Shown: positions 1 to 10,012 of the stretch, piece by piece
Layout of the letters: each line of letters begins with the position of its first letter
Position numbering within the stretch: position 1 is the first letter of the stretch
DNA from: Trueperaceae bacterium
Lineage (GTDB): Bacteria; Deinococcota; Deinococci; Deinococcales; Trueperaceae
Assembly (NCBI GenBank): GCA_965213925.1
Contig: OZ243927.1
Span: 2,016,001-2,080,000 of the forward strand
Direction: 5' to 3'
DNA: 64,000 nucleotides
The notes under the pieces: generated by a model
Told to the model about the DNA's origin: nothing
What the model saw: only the letters and a program-made list of their open reading frames with translations
Database searches by the model: none
Program-made: the position numbers and the translations under genes

Positions 1-519
1 GGGCGCTTGCAGCTCGGTCAATCGCTCTCGGGCGCGGACAGTTTGGCGGGCACCGTCGCGGAGAGCGCGTTGGACACCGCCGTGGACTTTCTCTTCCTAT
101 CCGAGCTGCAGAGCGCACTCGGTGACGCGCTCGGCGTCGGGCTTTTCGAAATCCGCACGAGCGCCATCAGCTCACTTCTGGACCGCTCCGAAGACGACCC
201 CTTCGGCGTGTCGCTGCGCGTCGGTGGCTATATCGGCGACGACCTCTTCGCCAGCTTAGAGGTCGGCCGCTTCGACGACCCCGACGGCGACTACGCGCTC
301 TCCAACGAATTTTCGCTCCGCTACGACCTAGCGCCCTTAGAACTCAACTTCTCGGGCGAGGTCAACTTCTTGGACAACCCCGCCCTGACCGCCGTAACCG
401 AGTTCGACTTCTCGCTCGGCTACGCCGTGACGCCCCTCATCAGCTTGGAAGCCGGCTTAGGCGCGTCGGGTTTTACGCAGAGCACGAGTGCGCGTTTGGG
501 CGTGAGTTTTACGTGGTAG
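1..519 (+). CDS. C-terminal part of a large envelope protein, probably TamB/DUF490-like (5' truncated by window edge)
   Basis: Open frame from window start to TAG at 517-519; amphipathic beta-strand pattern ending in aromatic residue (LGVSFTW). Confidence 0.55.
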   Translation, partial: GRLQLGQSLSGADSLAGTVAESALDTAVDFLFLSELQSALGDALGVGLFEIRTSAISSLLDRSEDDPFGVSLRVGGYIGDDLFASLEVGRFDDPDGDYALSNEFSLRYDLAPLELNFSGEVNFLDNPALTAVTEFDFSLGYAVTPLISLEAGLGASGFTQSTSARLGVSFTW

Positions 520-585
520 ATAGAATGACCGGCTAAGTTGTTTAGAAGTTTTTAGCCGTGAGAAGCTATACTTGTTAGACTCACG

Positions 586-1602
586 CTACGTATCCTGCCA
601 GGGTTTGAGAATGATTTTCCCTGTCGTTTCCCTCGCCTCGAGCATCCTATGGGCCTGCGCTGCCTCAGCCAAAGGCAGTACGTGGTCAACTGCGACCTTC
701 ACCTGACCAGAGGCAACATAGCCGATTATATCCACCATTGCTTGCGCCGCCATTTCGGGGCGCATTCCGAACCACAAACCAAGATTGAAAACGTGAATAG
801 CTTGGTTAAGCGACGGATTGTAAAAGAAGCGCTCAACGGCTCGAGCGTCAAAGGTTAGTGGCTGTCCACTCGCCATACCGTAGACGACACAGCGCCCAAA
901 CGGAGCGAGGCAGCGTAAACCTTGAGTGAATGTCTCACCGCCGCTCATCTCCAAAGTAATGTCCACCCCTCTACCATCGGTGAGGTCAAGGACGCGCTCG
1001 GACCAGTCCGGTTGGGTGTAATCAATGGCGTGGTCTGCGCCCAACTCGAGCACCTTGTCCCCCTTTGCCACCGAGCTACTTGCGCCAATAACTGTCTTCG
1101 CACCAAGAATTTTTGCCAGTTGTACAGCGCAACTCCCTACGCCCCCGGCTGCGCCTTGAACGAGTACGCTTTCACCGGGTTGTAAACGCGCTGTTTCTCT
1201 AAGTAGCATCAGCGCTGTTGTCCCCGCTATAGGTAGAGCCGCCGCTTGATCCACGCTTACCCCCGGTGGAATAGGAATCACCCTATTCGCCGGGCTGAGC
1301 GCATACTGCGCGTAACCGTTGGAGCCAGACCCGACCAGCGCGAAGACGGGCGTACCTATGGGTGGACCGCCCACACCTTCACCAAGTGCTGCAACGACGC
1401 CCGCCACTTCACCGCCAGGGATAAACGGAAGAGGGGTTGGAAAAGGGTAGATGGCTTTGCTGCGCCGTAAAGCGTCCGAGTAATTCACCGAGGCCGACTC
1501 GACTTTGATGAGCACCTCACCTGCGCTGGGGTATAGATCGTCTACGGTTTCATAGTTGAGGACAGCCGGCGTTCCGTACTCATAGATTTGGACAGCTTTC
1601 AT
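586..1602 (-). CDS. NADPH:quinone oxidoreductase (MDR/zeta-crystallin family)
   Basis: MKAV start, PFIPGGEVAG, VLVQGAAGGVG nucleotide-binding motif, GKIIL C-terminus; AGGAGG RBS. Confidence 0.92.
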   Translation of the reverse strand: MKAVQIYEYGTPAVLNYETVDDLYPSAGEVLIKVESASVNYSDALRRSKAIYPFPTPLPFIPGGEVAGVVAALGEGVGGPPIGTPVFALVGSGSNGYAQYALSPANRVIPIPPGVSVDQAAALPIAGTTALMLLRETARLQPGESVLVQGAAGGVGSCAVQLAKILGAKTVIGASSSVAKGDKVLELGADHAIDYTQPDWSERVLDLTDGRGVDITLEMSGGETFTQGLRCLAPFGRCVVYGMASGQPLTFDARAVERFFYNPSLNQAIHVFNLGLWFGMRPEMAAQAMVDIIGYVASGQVKVAVDHVLPLAEAAQAHRMLEARETTGKIILKPWQDT

Positions 1603-1744
1603 TGTAAGCCTCCTTGGAGTGCTGACTTAGCAGAGGATTTGGCTAAGTACCTAAGCGTACTCTACCTAATTGTTTTTTGCAAGTAATAACTTGTTAATTA
1701 AAATACAACAGTAAAAATAAGCAATTCAACTTAGAATGGCAGCT

Positions 1745-2401
1745 ATGTCAGACAAGTCTTACAACCAATACTGCGCAGTGGCTCACGCGCTCGACCACGT
1801 TGGTGAACGTTGGACACTCTTAGTTGTGCGAAACCTGCTCATCGCGCCCCAACGTTTCAGCGATTTACGAACCAGTCTGCCTGGTATCAGCACCAATGTT
1901 TTAACGGACCGCTTAAAAGGTTTGGAGAAGCGTGGTGTCGTGACGACGCGCTATTTACCGCCACCGGCGGCGTCTACGGTATATGAACTCACTGAGCGCG
2001 GCTACGGTTTAACTGAACCACTCGCCGCCCTCGCACAGTGGGGAAGCGCGACCTTAGGTGCGCCCCAAGAAGGTCAGAGCGTCGTGATAGAGGGTGTTTG
2101 TTTCATGATTCAGGGGGTCTTCTGGCGCGAAGATGATTTGGATGTTGACTTAGGGTGCAATATTCACGTTCGAGATGAGCATTTTGAGCAAACCTTCGGT
2201 GTAACGCTGTCGGCGGGCGGAGTCGAGATGGCAAGTGAACTCAGCGAAGCTGACGTTGACATGTACGTGGCGCTAGAACCTCTGAATATATTGAGCGCTC
2301 ATCGGCAGAGGCTACAAGCGATGGTTGCGTCCGGTGTAGTGAGACTTGACGGGAATAAGAAGGATATAAACATATTGCACCGTTGGATAGATGGCAGCTA
2401 A
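1745..2401 (+). CDS. HxlR-family winged-helix regulator with C-terminal SCP2-like domain
   Basis: YNQYCAVAHALDHVGERWTLLVVR, RFSDLR, YELTERG; divergent from the oxidoreductase; start chosen 7 nt after TAGAAT. Confidence 0.88.
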   Translation: MSDKSYNQYCAVAHALDHVGERWTLLVVRNLLIAPQRFSDLRTSLPGISTNVLTDRLKGLEKRGVVTTRYLPPPAASTVYELTERGYGLTEPLAALAQWGSATLGAPQEGQSVVIEGVCFMIQGVFWREDDLDVDLGCNIHVRDEHFEQTFGVTLSAGGVEMASELSEADVDMYVALEPLNILSAHRQRLQAMVASGVVRLDGNKKDINILHRWIDGS

Positions 2402-2820
2402 ACTGTTTGACCTGTCGGTATTTTTCAGAGATAACCCTTAAACGTCCTGTGCGTCCTCCAGCGGTAACAGCGCTATCACGAAGAGATACTGCGCGTCTTT
2501 GCTACTAGCCTCTAAGCTTCCCCCGCGTCTCAAGAGGTCTTGCAGGTCAGCTGAGCGCGTCGTCTCTACGGAGCTTCGTCGTCATATCCGCGTAGGTAAT
2601 AGGCAAACCCGCTGAGGTAAGCTCCGGCAAAAGGTCACTCGTGCAGAACGCGCCGCCGCTGCGAAAGATGTGATGTCCATAGTGCTCACTTTCCTCGAGG
2701 GCGTCCGCGTGAGCGCGCAAGAGGTTGGCGAAGAGGGGCGCGGCTTGCCCCTTCCTGACACGATTTCAGGTACATTGGATTTAGGTAGGCTTAACCTCTT
2801 GACGAGAGAAGGAGCGAGAG

Positions 2821-4866
2821 ATGGACAAAGAGAAACTGAAATGGCTTATGGGTGCTGCGCTATGCTGCGCCGTTTTGATGTCTTGGGTAGGGGCGCAAGC
2901 GCAGGAAACCGGCGGTGCGACGGGTGGCGTGACGGGCGGTGCGACAGGCGGTATGACGGAAGACGCAGCGGGAACCACCACCAAGCTGCGCCTCTTGGAA
3001 ACCACCGACATCCACACCAACATCGTCCCCTACGACTACTACCGCGACGAGCCCACCGACGAGTTCGGCTTAGCGAAAACCGCCACGCTTATCAAGGCGG
3101 CGAAGGGAGAGATAAACAACGTCCTCCTGTTCGACAACGGCGACCTCATTCAAGGGAGCCCACTGGGAGACTTCAAAGCGCGCACCGAGCCCCTGAAAGA
3201 AGGCGAAGTGCACCCGGTCTACAAGGCGATGAACCTCCTGGACTACGACGCGGGCAACATCGGCAACCACGAATTCAACTACGGCTTGAAGTTTTTAGAC
3301 CTCAGTCTGGAGGGCGCGAACTTTCCCTACGTCAACGCGAACGTTTACGTGGACGACGGCGACGACAACCCCGACAACGACGAGAACCGCTATACGCCCT
3401 ACCTCATCCTGGACAAGACCGTTACGGACGAGAGCGGTGCGGAACACGAGTTGCAAGTCGGCGTCATCGGCTTCGTGCCGCCGCAGATCATGGAGTGGGA
3501 CCGGAGCCACTTGCTAGGCGAGGTCGTGGCCAAAGACATCGTGGAAACTGCGGAGAAATTCGTCCCGCAAATGCTCGAAGAGGGCGCAGACCTAGTCGTC
3601 GCCATTCCGCATTCGGGCTTCGGTCCCACCGAGCAGCAGGGGATGGAGGAGAACGCCTCGTACCTGCTCAGCCGGGTGGAAGGCGTCGACGCCATCTTGT
3701 TCGGGCACTCGCATACGGTCTTCCCCTCCGAAGCGTTCTCGGACGAGCCGAATGTGGATTTGGAGAAGGGCACTATCAACGGCGTGCCCGCTGTAATGCC
3801 CGGTTTTTGGGGCGACCATCTAGGCGTCATCGACTTGACCTTAGAGGTCTCGGACGACGAATGGACCGTAGTGGATTCTCAAGTCGAAGCCAGACCCATC
3901 TACGACTCGGAGAACGACGCGCCCTTAGTCGAAGCGGACCAGGAGATTTTGGACGCTGTCGCGCAGGAGCACGAGGGCACGCTCACCTATGTGCGCGGCA
4001 GCGTCGCCCAGACGAGTGCGCCCATCACCTCTTACTTCGCGCTCGTCAAGGACGACCCGTCGGTGCAGATCGTTAACCAGGCACAGACGTGGTACACCGA
4101 GCGGGCGGTGCAGGGGACCGAACTCGAGGGACTCCCCGTCCTCTCCGCCGCCGCGCCCTTCAAAGCAGGCGGACGCGCCGGACCGAACTACTACACCGAC
4201 ATTGCCGAGGGCACGCTAGCGGTGAAAAACGTCGCGGACCTCTACATCTATCCGAATACGCTGAAAGTGGTGAGGCTGAATGGCGACCAGGTTAAAGAGT
4301 GGCTCGAGATGTCCGCCGGGCAGTTCAACCAGATTGCGCCGGACGCTACTGACCAATCCTTGTTAAACGAAGACTTCCCCTCCTATAACTTCGACGTCAT
4401 TGACGGCGTGACTTACGAAATCGACGTGACCCAGCCGCCGCGCTACGACGCGGAAGGGCTGCTCGTGAACGAGGACGGGGGCCGCATCGTCAATCTGCAA
4501 TACAACGGCGAGCCCGTCACCGCCGATCAAGAATTCTTAGTCGCCACCAACAACTACCGCGCCTCGGGCGGCGGCAACTTCCCGAACTTAGACGGCACGA
4601 CCATCGTCATCGACTCGCCCGACGAGAACCGCCAGGTCATCATCAACTACCTGACCGAACAGGAGACGGTGAACCCCTCAGCGGACGAGAACTGGGAGTT
4701 CGCGCCCGTCGAGAAAGAGGTCAGCGCGACCTTTCCGGGAGGACCGGACGCGCAAAAGTATCTGGAAGAGGTGCAGAGCGACGACGAGACCATCGAATAC
4801 GTCGGCGCTGCGGAGGACGGCTTCGCACTCTACGAGTTGACGCTGAAGCCGAGTTCGGCGCAGTAA
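2821..4866 (+). CDS. cpdB: Secreted bifunctional 2',3'-cyclic-nucleotide 2'-phosphodiesterase/3'-nucleotidase
   Basis: Signal peptide; ETTDIH, DNGDLIQG, GNHEFNYG, GHSH metallophosphoesterase motifs; SAAAPFKAGGR, YIYPNTL, ATNNYRA. Confidence 0.95.
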   Translation: MDKEKLKWLMGAALCCAVLMSWVGAQAQETGGATGGVTGGATGGMTEDAAGTTTKLRLLETTDIHTNIVPYDYYRDEPTDEFGLAKTATLIKAAKGEINNVLLFDNGDLIQGSPLGDFKARTEPLKEGEVHPVYKAMNLLDYDAGNIGNHEFNYGLKFLDLSLEGANFPYVNANVYVDDGDDNPDNDENRYTPYLILDKTVTDESGAEHELQVGVIGFVPPQIMEWDRSHLLGEVVAKDIVETAEKFVPQMLEEGADLVVAIPHSGFGPTEQQGMEENASYLLSRVEGVDAILFGHSHTVFPSEAFSDEPNVDLEKGTINGVPAVMPGFWGDHLGVIDLTLEVSDDEWTVVDSQVEARPIYDSENDAPLVEADQEILDAVAQEHEGTLTYVRGSVAQTSAPITSYFALVKDDPSVQIVNQAQTWYTERAVQGTELEGLPVLSAAAPFKAGGRAGPNYYTDIAEGTLAVKNVADLYIYPNTLKVVRLNGDQVKEWLEMSAGQFNQIAPDATDQSLLNEDFPSYNFDVIDGVTYEIDVTQPPRYDAEGLLVNEDGGRIVNLQYNGEPVTADQEFLVATNNYRASGGGNFPNLDGTTIVIDSPDENRQVIINYLTEQETVNPSADENWEFAPVEKEVSATFPGGPDAQKYLEEVQSDDETIEYVGAAEDGFALYELTLKPSSAQ

Positions 4867-4874
4867 ACAGTGAA

Positions 4875-4902
4875 GTAGGGGCGATTCGTGAATCGCCCCT
4901 AC
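4875..4902. repeat. GTAG-type REP-like palindrome
   Basis: GTAGGGGCGATTC-GT-GAATCGCCCCTAC between convergent genes; near-identical copy at 58220-58247. Confidence 0.8.
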
Positions 4903-4947
4903 GCCGCACACTCCCTCCCGTATATACGACGCAGCGCTTTACTCTAC

Positions 4948-5970
4948 CTACGCGCTCAACACCCGCCTAACCGCCTCTAACACCCGCCTCGCGTCCGGGC
5001 GGTAGTGATGTTCGATGGACGAAAAGGGCGGATAGGGTGCGTCCCAACCCGCAACGCGCACGACGGGAGCCTCGAGCGAGTAGATCGCCTCCTCCGCAAT
5101 CCGCGCCGCGACCTCTGCGCCGAACCCGCTGGTTCTCGCCGCCTCGTAAACGACCACCACCCGACCCGTTTTTTGCACTGACTGGATGACGGTTTCGCTA
5201 TCAAAAGGGGTGAGGGTCTCTAAGTCGACGATCTCGAGTTCGACCCCTTCTCTCGAAGCGACATCCGCCGCCTTCTGACAGATTTCGATCATCCCGCCGT
5301 AGCCGATGAGCGTGGCGGCGTCGCCCTCACGTGCGACTCGAGCCTTGCCGAGTTCGTGTGTGTAGTAGCCCTCTGGCACCTCTTCCTTTGACGAGCGGTA
5401 GAGCTTGATCGCCTCTAAAAAGAACACCGGGTCGGGGTCGTTGATCGCAGCTAAGAGCAGTCCTTTGGCGCGTGCAGGCGACGAGGGAATCACCACCTTC
5501 ACGCCCGGAACGTGCGTTAAAATCGCCTCGGGCGAGTCGGCGTGTTGCTCGGGCGTATGCACGCCGCCGCCATAGGGCGCGCGAATCACCATCGGGATGG
5601 AAAAGCGCCCCCGCGTGCGGTGGCGGTAGCGCCCTAAGTGCGACAAGATTTGGTCGAGGGCGGGGTAGAGAAAGCCTGCAAACTGCATCTCGGCGACGGG
5701 TCTCAGCCCTGCGAGCCCTAAACCGATGCCGAAGCCCGCGATGCCCGCTTCGGCAAGAGGTGTGTCGAACACGCGCCCCTCGCCGTATTTGGTTTGTAAG
5801 TTGTCCGTCGCCCGAAACACGCCGCCCATCGTGCCGACATCTTCGCCGAAGACGAGGACGTTGTCATCCCTCGAGAGCGCCACGTCAAGCGCGTTATTGA
5901 TGGCTTGCACCATGTTCATCTGCTTCGTTGTTTGCTCGCTTCGGCTCACCTCTTTATTGAGCGTTTGCAC
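4948..5970 (-). CDS. pdhB: 2-oxoacid dehydrogenase E1 beta subunit (substrate not resolvable)
   Basis: [40 protein letters not shown]. Confidence 0.92.
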   Translation of the reverse strand: MQTLNKEVSRSEQTTKQMNMVQAINNALDVALSRDDNVLVFGEDVGTMGGVFRATDNLQTKYGEGRVFDTPLAEAGIAGFGIGLGLAGLRPVAEMQFAGFLYPALDQILSHLGRYRHRTRGRFSIPMVIRAPYGGGVHTPEQHADSPEAILTHVPGVKVVIPSSPARAKGLLLAAINDPDPVFFLEAIKLYRSSKEEVPEGYYTHELGKARVAREGDAATLIGYGGMIEICQKAADVASREGVELEIVDLETLTPFDSETVIQSVQKTGRVVVVYEAARTSGFGAEVAARIAEEAIYSLEAPVVRVAGWDAPYPPFSSIEHHYRPDARRVLEAVRRVLSA

Positions 5971-7000
5971 GTGCGCCCTCCCTCAGCGTCTCCCACGCCC
6001 GCCGCTGGTCGGGGCTCATCGTCTCGAAGACGTGTTCGACGATCTCTTGGGGCTGTGGCGTCGGTGCGTCGTCCGCTTTCTGTACGGCGACGGCGAGTTC
6101 TTCTTTGAGGTCCGCTAAGAGGGCGTCCTCTTGTTCGTCGTCCCACAAGTCTAAATCTTGAAGCGCAGTGCGCATCCGTTTGATGGGCTCTCTCCCCATC
6201 CACACCTCGGTGTCCGCGTCGTCGCGGTAGCGGCTCGGGTCGTCCGAGGTCGTGTGCGGCGCGACGCGGTAGGTCATCGCCTCGATGAGGGTCGGTCCGC
6301 CGCCGTCTCGCGCCCGCTTGACCGCCTCTCTCGCCGTGTGCCACACCGCCACGAGGTCGTTGCCGTCCACGATAACGCCGGGCATGTCGTAGCCTTTCGC
6401 GCGGTAGGCGATCTGTTTGACCTTCATCTGCTTGGCGGTCGGCACGCTGATCGCCCAGCCGTTATTCTGCACGACGAACACGACGGGCGCGTCAAAGACC
6501 GAGGCGAAGTTGAGCGCCTCGTGAAAGTCGCCCTCGGAGGTGCCGCCGTCGCCGATAAAGGTCGCCGTCACGCTGTCTTCGCCCTTATATCGGCTCGCGT
6601 GCGCGACGCCCACCGCCTGCGGAAGTTGCGTGGCGATGGGGATGTAAAAGGGCAGGACGCGCAACCCGTCAGGGAAGCGCCAGCCGACGGGGTGCGCCCG
6701 CCAGAAGAGGATAAGCATGTGCATGGGCAGCCCGTGTACGAGCGCGGCGGCGCTCTCGCGGTAGCTCGGCACGAGCCAGTCGTCCTCCCTGAGCGCGAGC
6801 GCGACGCCGACTTGGGCGGCTTCTTGACCCCGGTAGGGCGGATAGACGCCTAACCTGCCCTGACGCTGCAACACCTCGGCGCGTTCGTCGAAGAAGCGGG
6901 TGCGGCGCAGGGCGCGGTAGCCTTTAATTAGCTCGTTACTTTCAAGAGGGATATCTCGTAAAGGTTTGCCGTGTTCGTCCAGATAGCGGATGATCTCCAT
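5954..7000 (-). CDS. pdhA: 2-oxoacid dehydrogenase E1 alpha subunit
   Basis: [12 protein letters not shown]...NN TPP-binding motif, [25 protein letters not shown] before ATG 7000. Confidence 0.92.
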   Translation of the reverse strand: MEIIRYLDEHGKPLRDIPLESNELIKGYRALRRTRFFDERAEVLQRQGRLGVYPPYRGQEAAQVGVALALREDDWLVPSYRESAAALVHGLPMHMLILFWRAHPVGWRFPDGLRVLPFYIPIATQLPQAVGVAHASRYKGEDSVTATFIGDGGTSEGDFHEALNFASVFDAPVVFVVQNNGWAISVPTAKQMKVKQIAYRAKGYDMPGVIVDGNDLVAVWHTAREAVKRARDGGGPTLIEAMTYRVAPHTTSDDPSRYRDDADTEVWMGREPIKRMRTALQDLDLWDDEQEDALLADLKEELAVAVQKADDAPTPQPQEIVEHVFETMSPDQRRAWETLREGARANAQ

Positions 7001-7207
7001 TCGGTCTCCTGTCCGGGTAGGGTGTGGGACGCTCGAGCCTGGTGTGCTCCGTAGGGGCGTCTCCACGGGGGTTCTGGTTGGTCATCTCCATCAATTTACC
7101 ACTCGTGGGGGCGCTTTTAACTGGTTTTAGCACGTCACACAACAACGAACTCGCTCAGATGAAACCCCGTCTACGGTCTTTTCGCGTTATGAGGCGTAAA
7201 CTAGAGC

Positions 7208-7615
7208 ATGATTCAAGATATCGACAAAGTACAGAAGTCCGAAAGCGAATGGCGCGACGACCTCACCCCCGAGCAGTTTCACGTGCTGCGCGAAGAGGGG
7301 ACGGAAAGGGCAGGGACGAGCCCTTTAGACAAGGAGAAGCGCGAGGGCACCTTTGTTTGCGCGGGGTGCGGTCTGGAACTCTTCACGAGCGAGATGAAGT
7401 TCGACTCGGGGACGGGTTGGCCGAGCTTTTATAACTTTATAGGCGGTCACCTAGAAACCAAAACCGATTTCAAACTCATCTGGCCGCGGACGGAATATCA
7501 CTGTGCACGCTGCGGTGGACATCAAGGGCACGTCTTTAATGACGGACCGCAGCCGACGGGGAAGCGCTACTGCAACAACGGGGTGGCGCTGGAGTTCGTG
7601 CCCGAAAGCATTTAG
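7208..7615 (+). CDS. msrB: Peptide-methionine (R)-S-oxide reductase
   Basis: GTERA, CAGC, KFDSGTGWPSF, CARCGGHQGHVF, RYCNNG. Confidence 0.97.
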   Translation: MIQDIDKVQKSESEWRDDLTPEQFHVLREEGTERAGTSPLDKEKREGTFVCAGCGLELFTSEMKFDSGTGWPSFYNFIGGHLETKTDFKLIWPRTEYHCARCGGHQGHVFNDGPQPTGKRYCNNGVALEFVPESI

Positions 7616-7752
7616 ATTTGTAGCGCTTTGGAAATCTATGTGAAAGCTCTTCGAGCTTGGTCGACTAAAAATCTGCAAAATACCGAATGCAAGCGCCTAG
7701 TAGCCCAACTGAGCTTTGACACAGATACTCAGCAGCTACAAAGGATGCTCGG

Positions 7753-7781
7753 CTGAGAGGACGATGTTCTCTCAGTTTTTT
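7753..7781 (+). terminator. Intrinsic terminator downstream of msrB
   Basis: CTGAGAGGAC-GAT-GTTCTCTCAG hairpin followed by T-tract. Confidence 0.7.
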
Positions 7782-7902
7782 AGTGACCTTCGGCTCGAGC
7801 CTCCGAACGCAAAAGTTTTATACGGGTTCCGGTTGAACACTGCATAAACTTATGGCGAGTCTCTTCCGTTCACAACCGAAATTCGTATTTTTCCAACTCG
7901 TT

Positions 7903-8084
7903 AAGGAGCCATCAGCCGCTAGCGGGAGCGAACTAGCCCCGAAGGGGCGCTCTTTGCCCGTTCTAGGGTCCACGCGACTGCGTATCATGCCGTTGTGACG
8001 TCGCTCGTACGGGCTATTCGTTGATGCTACCACCGGCTGATGGCTCTTTCACTCGGGGCAATTCCCAAAGGAATTACCCCGAAA
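7903..8084. ncRNA. Unidentified structured element (candidate ncRNA, 6S-like fold)
   Basis: 13-bp perfect inverted repeat 7906-7918/8034-8046 enclosing nested stems, plus adjacent hairpin 8053-8082; no credible ORF. Confidence 0.5.
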
Positions 8085-8153
8085 CGGTATGACACAACAA
8101 ATTTCAGCTCTGATCCAGCTAAGAGGTGCTGACGTGGGGATATAATGGTTTTA

Positions 8154-9275
8154 GTGCTCTTGCGAACCTCTTTTTATCTTCTTTTAGTGGGTCTGCTCTT
8201 TGTCTCGGCTGCGCAGGCACAGATCGTCGTGCCCGAATTCAGTACGCGCGGCGACGTGCCTAGCGAGGTCACGGCGCGCTTTTTAGACGCCTTTCGGCAG
8301 CAGCTCGCCGCCCGCACCGAGTTGGAGGTCTCGGCGGGCAGCATCTTCGCGCCGCCGCCTAAAGGGGGCGTGGACCCCGAAGTTGCGCGGGCGGTAGCGA
8401 GCTTAGCGGACAACCGTTACGGGCTCACGGGCGAGATCATCGCCTCGCCTGGCGTCATCAGCGAGGAGACGCCCTATACAATCAACCTCTTGGTCGTTGA
8501 CGCGCAGACTGGACGAACCTCAGACCTCATCAGCGAACCGCTCAGTACGAGAGATTATCTGGGCGCGGTCGCCGAACTCACGAGCGCGGTGAGCGCCTTT
8601 ATCAACCCGGCGAACCCGCTCTCGAGCGGCTCGGCGAGCCTCTTCATCTCCTCGCAGCCGCGTCAGGCGCAGATTCGCATCGACGGCGCGTACGTCGGCA
8701 GCACCTCGGAAGTCGGGCTCATCTCGCTCGCGCCGGGACGCTACAGCGTCGAATTGCGCAAGGCGGGCTTCGTGCCCGAATTGGAGACGGTGGTGCTCGA
8801 GGTCGACCACACCGAATTCATCAATTTCGAGCTGATGCCGATCCGTAGCGGCAGCGTTCAGGTAACGAGCACGCCCGTCGCCGAGGTTTTTGTAGACGAC
8901 ACGCCCGTCGGCACGACGCCCCTCACGGTGAGCGCGGAGCCCGGCGTGCGCACGCTCCGCTTGGAGCGCCCCGGTTTCGTGCCCGAAACGCAAGCGGTGC
9001 GCGTACGCAACTTTTTCGTGAGCCGCGTCTCGGCGACTTTAGAGCCGCGCTCGGGCACGCTCCTCTACTGGACGCCGCCTGCTGGTTTTTCCGTGGCGAT
9101 AGACAGCGAACCCAGAGAGCGCGGCTTCGTCTCCGAACTGTCGCCGGGTCCGCACCGCGTCGAGCTGAGGCGCGGCGTCAACACGATCCGCTTTACACTA
9201 GACGTGCCGGAAACGGGCGTCTATGAGATCGACTTTCAGACGCGCTCACTCGTGCCGTTAGAAGAGGAACGCTGA
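8154..9275 (+). CDS. Secreted PEGA-domain protein
   Basis: Signal peptide (AQAQ); repeated PEGA motifs (ISSQPRQAQIRIDG, VTSTPVAEVFVDD..VGTTP); GTG start 7 nt after TATAAT. Confidence 0.85.
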   Translation: MLLRTSFYLLLVGLLFVSAAQAQIVVPEFSTRGDVPSEVTARFLDAFRQQLAARTELEVSAGSIFAPPPKGGVDPEVARAVASLADNRYGLTGEIIASPGVISEETPYTINLLVVDAQTGRTSDLISEPLSTRDYLGAVAELTSAVSAFINPANPLSSGSASLFISSQPRQAQIRIDGAYVGSTSEVGLISLAPGRYSVELRKAGFVPELETVVLEVDHTEFINFELMPIRSGSVQVTSTPVAEVFVDDTPVGTTPLTVSAEPGVRTLRLERPGFVPETQAVRVRNFFVSRVSATLEPRSGTLLYWTPPAGFSVAIDSEPRERGFVSELSPGPHRVELRRGVNTIRFTLDVPETGVYEIDFQTRSLVPLEEER

Positions 9276-9307
9276 GCGCACATGCGTAAAACTAGACCGT
9301 CAGATTT

Positions 9308-9335
9308 TAGACGCTAAGCGCGTGCTTAGCGTCTA
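9308..9335. terminator. Perfect 12-bp hairpin after the PEGA gene
   Basis: TAGACGCTAAGC-GCGT-GCTTAGCGTCTA. Confidence 0.55.
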
Positions 9336-9403
9336 GCTCTCCTTTAGACCAACTTCGCCTGAGTGTTCGAGCGCTGCTGGACCGATAGGTTAGACTGTCC
9401 CCC

Positions 9404-9884
9404 ATGCCCGAGACTCCCTTCGAAGACTCGATAGAAAGCTTTATCTCGCAGTGGAAGCCCTACGCCGCGAGCGTGACCCTCTTCTCGCGCACCGAGGGCA
9501 ACCCGCTTTTGGAGTGCGGCGCGGCGGGCAAAATCTTCCACGTGTTAGAGCGCACGGGTCCCTACGGCGTCGTGCCGGGAAATGCCAAAGTCATCGTCAA
9601 CGCGATGACCGAAGCAGGTCGAGAAAGCCGCCGAGCTGCGTAAGCGCCTGGAAGTCACCGGGCTCAGCAAGGTTCACGCTAGGGGTCCGGTCTTGTTGCG
9701 TCAACAGCGCACCGTCGTGGTGGACGCGGGCGTGCCTTTAATCGTGAGCGTCTTTGCCGGCTTGCCCGACGACGTGGCGGCGGGGGACTGGCTCGAGTTC
9801 GACTCCTTGCCCCCCTTGCACGGTTTCGTAACGGAGGCGGCGCAACGTCCTTTTGTGAGCGCGCAGGGGGAAGAGGGACTGTGA
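9404..9884 (+). pseudogene. Hypothetical protein split by a single-base frameshift near 9612 (pseudogene or sequencing error)
   Basis: Removing one A from ACC GAA GCA G joins ORF 9404.. to the frame ending 9884 (..NAMTEQVEKAAELRKRLEVTG..VVDAGVPL). Confidence 0.65.
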
Positions 9885-9887
9885 GAC

Positions 9888-9950
9888 AGCAATGAGTAGC
9901 GAGCAGCGAGCAAAAACCTAATTTACGCTTATTGCTCGTTCCTCATTGCT
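9888..9950. repeat. Heptamer-based hairpin element (AGCAATGAG / CTCATTGCT)
   Basis: Inverted repeat 9888-9896/9942-9950 with degenerate 7-nt units; same arms at 38286-38418. Confidence 0.6.
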
Positions 9951-10012
9951 TCTAACCTCTGCGTAAGCTGCTCCTCAATATCAAACCAGAAGAGAGCGGT
10001 AAGCTGTCCCCT

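Noticed and set aside
2402..2820. Long region upstream of cpdB as a c-di-GMP/c-di-AMP riboswitch or small gene
   Set aside because: GGCAAACCC is present but the rest of the GEMM and ydaO consensus is not; a minus-strand open frame of about 70 codons has no convincing start or motif.
2908..2958. TGGA/TGGV/TGGM repeat after the CpdB signal peptide
   Set aside because: Short flexible linker with degenerate codons; no evidence of a variable-number repeat.
2670..4076. 468-aa plus-strand ORF overlapping cpdB
   Set aside because: Arg-rich shadow frame of a GC-rich gene; the same applies to most short overlapping ORFs in the track.
4948..7000. E1 alpha/beta without adjacent E2/E3
   Set aside because: Split 2-oxoacid dehydrogenase loci are common; the partners are probably elsewhere.
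7818..8033. 71-aa minus-strand ORF, or retron msr-msd reading of the structured element
   Set aside because: The ORF has no RBS or motif and is better explained by the stems; no reverse transcriptase lies in the window.
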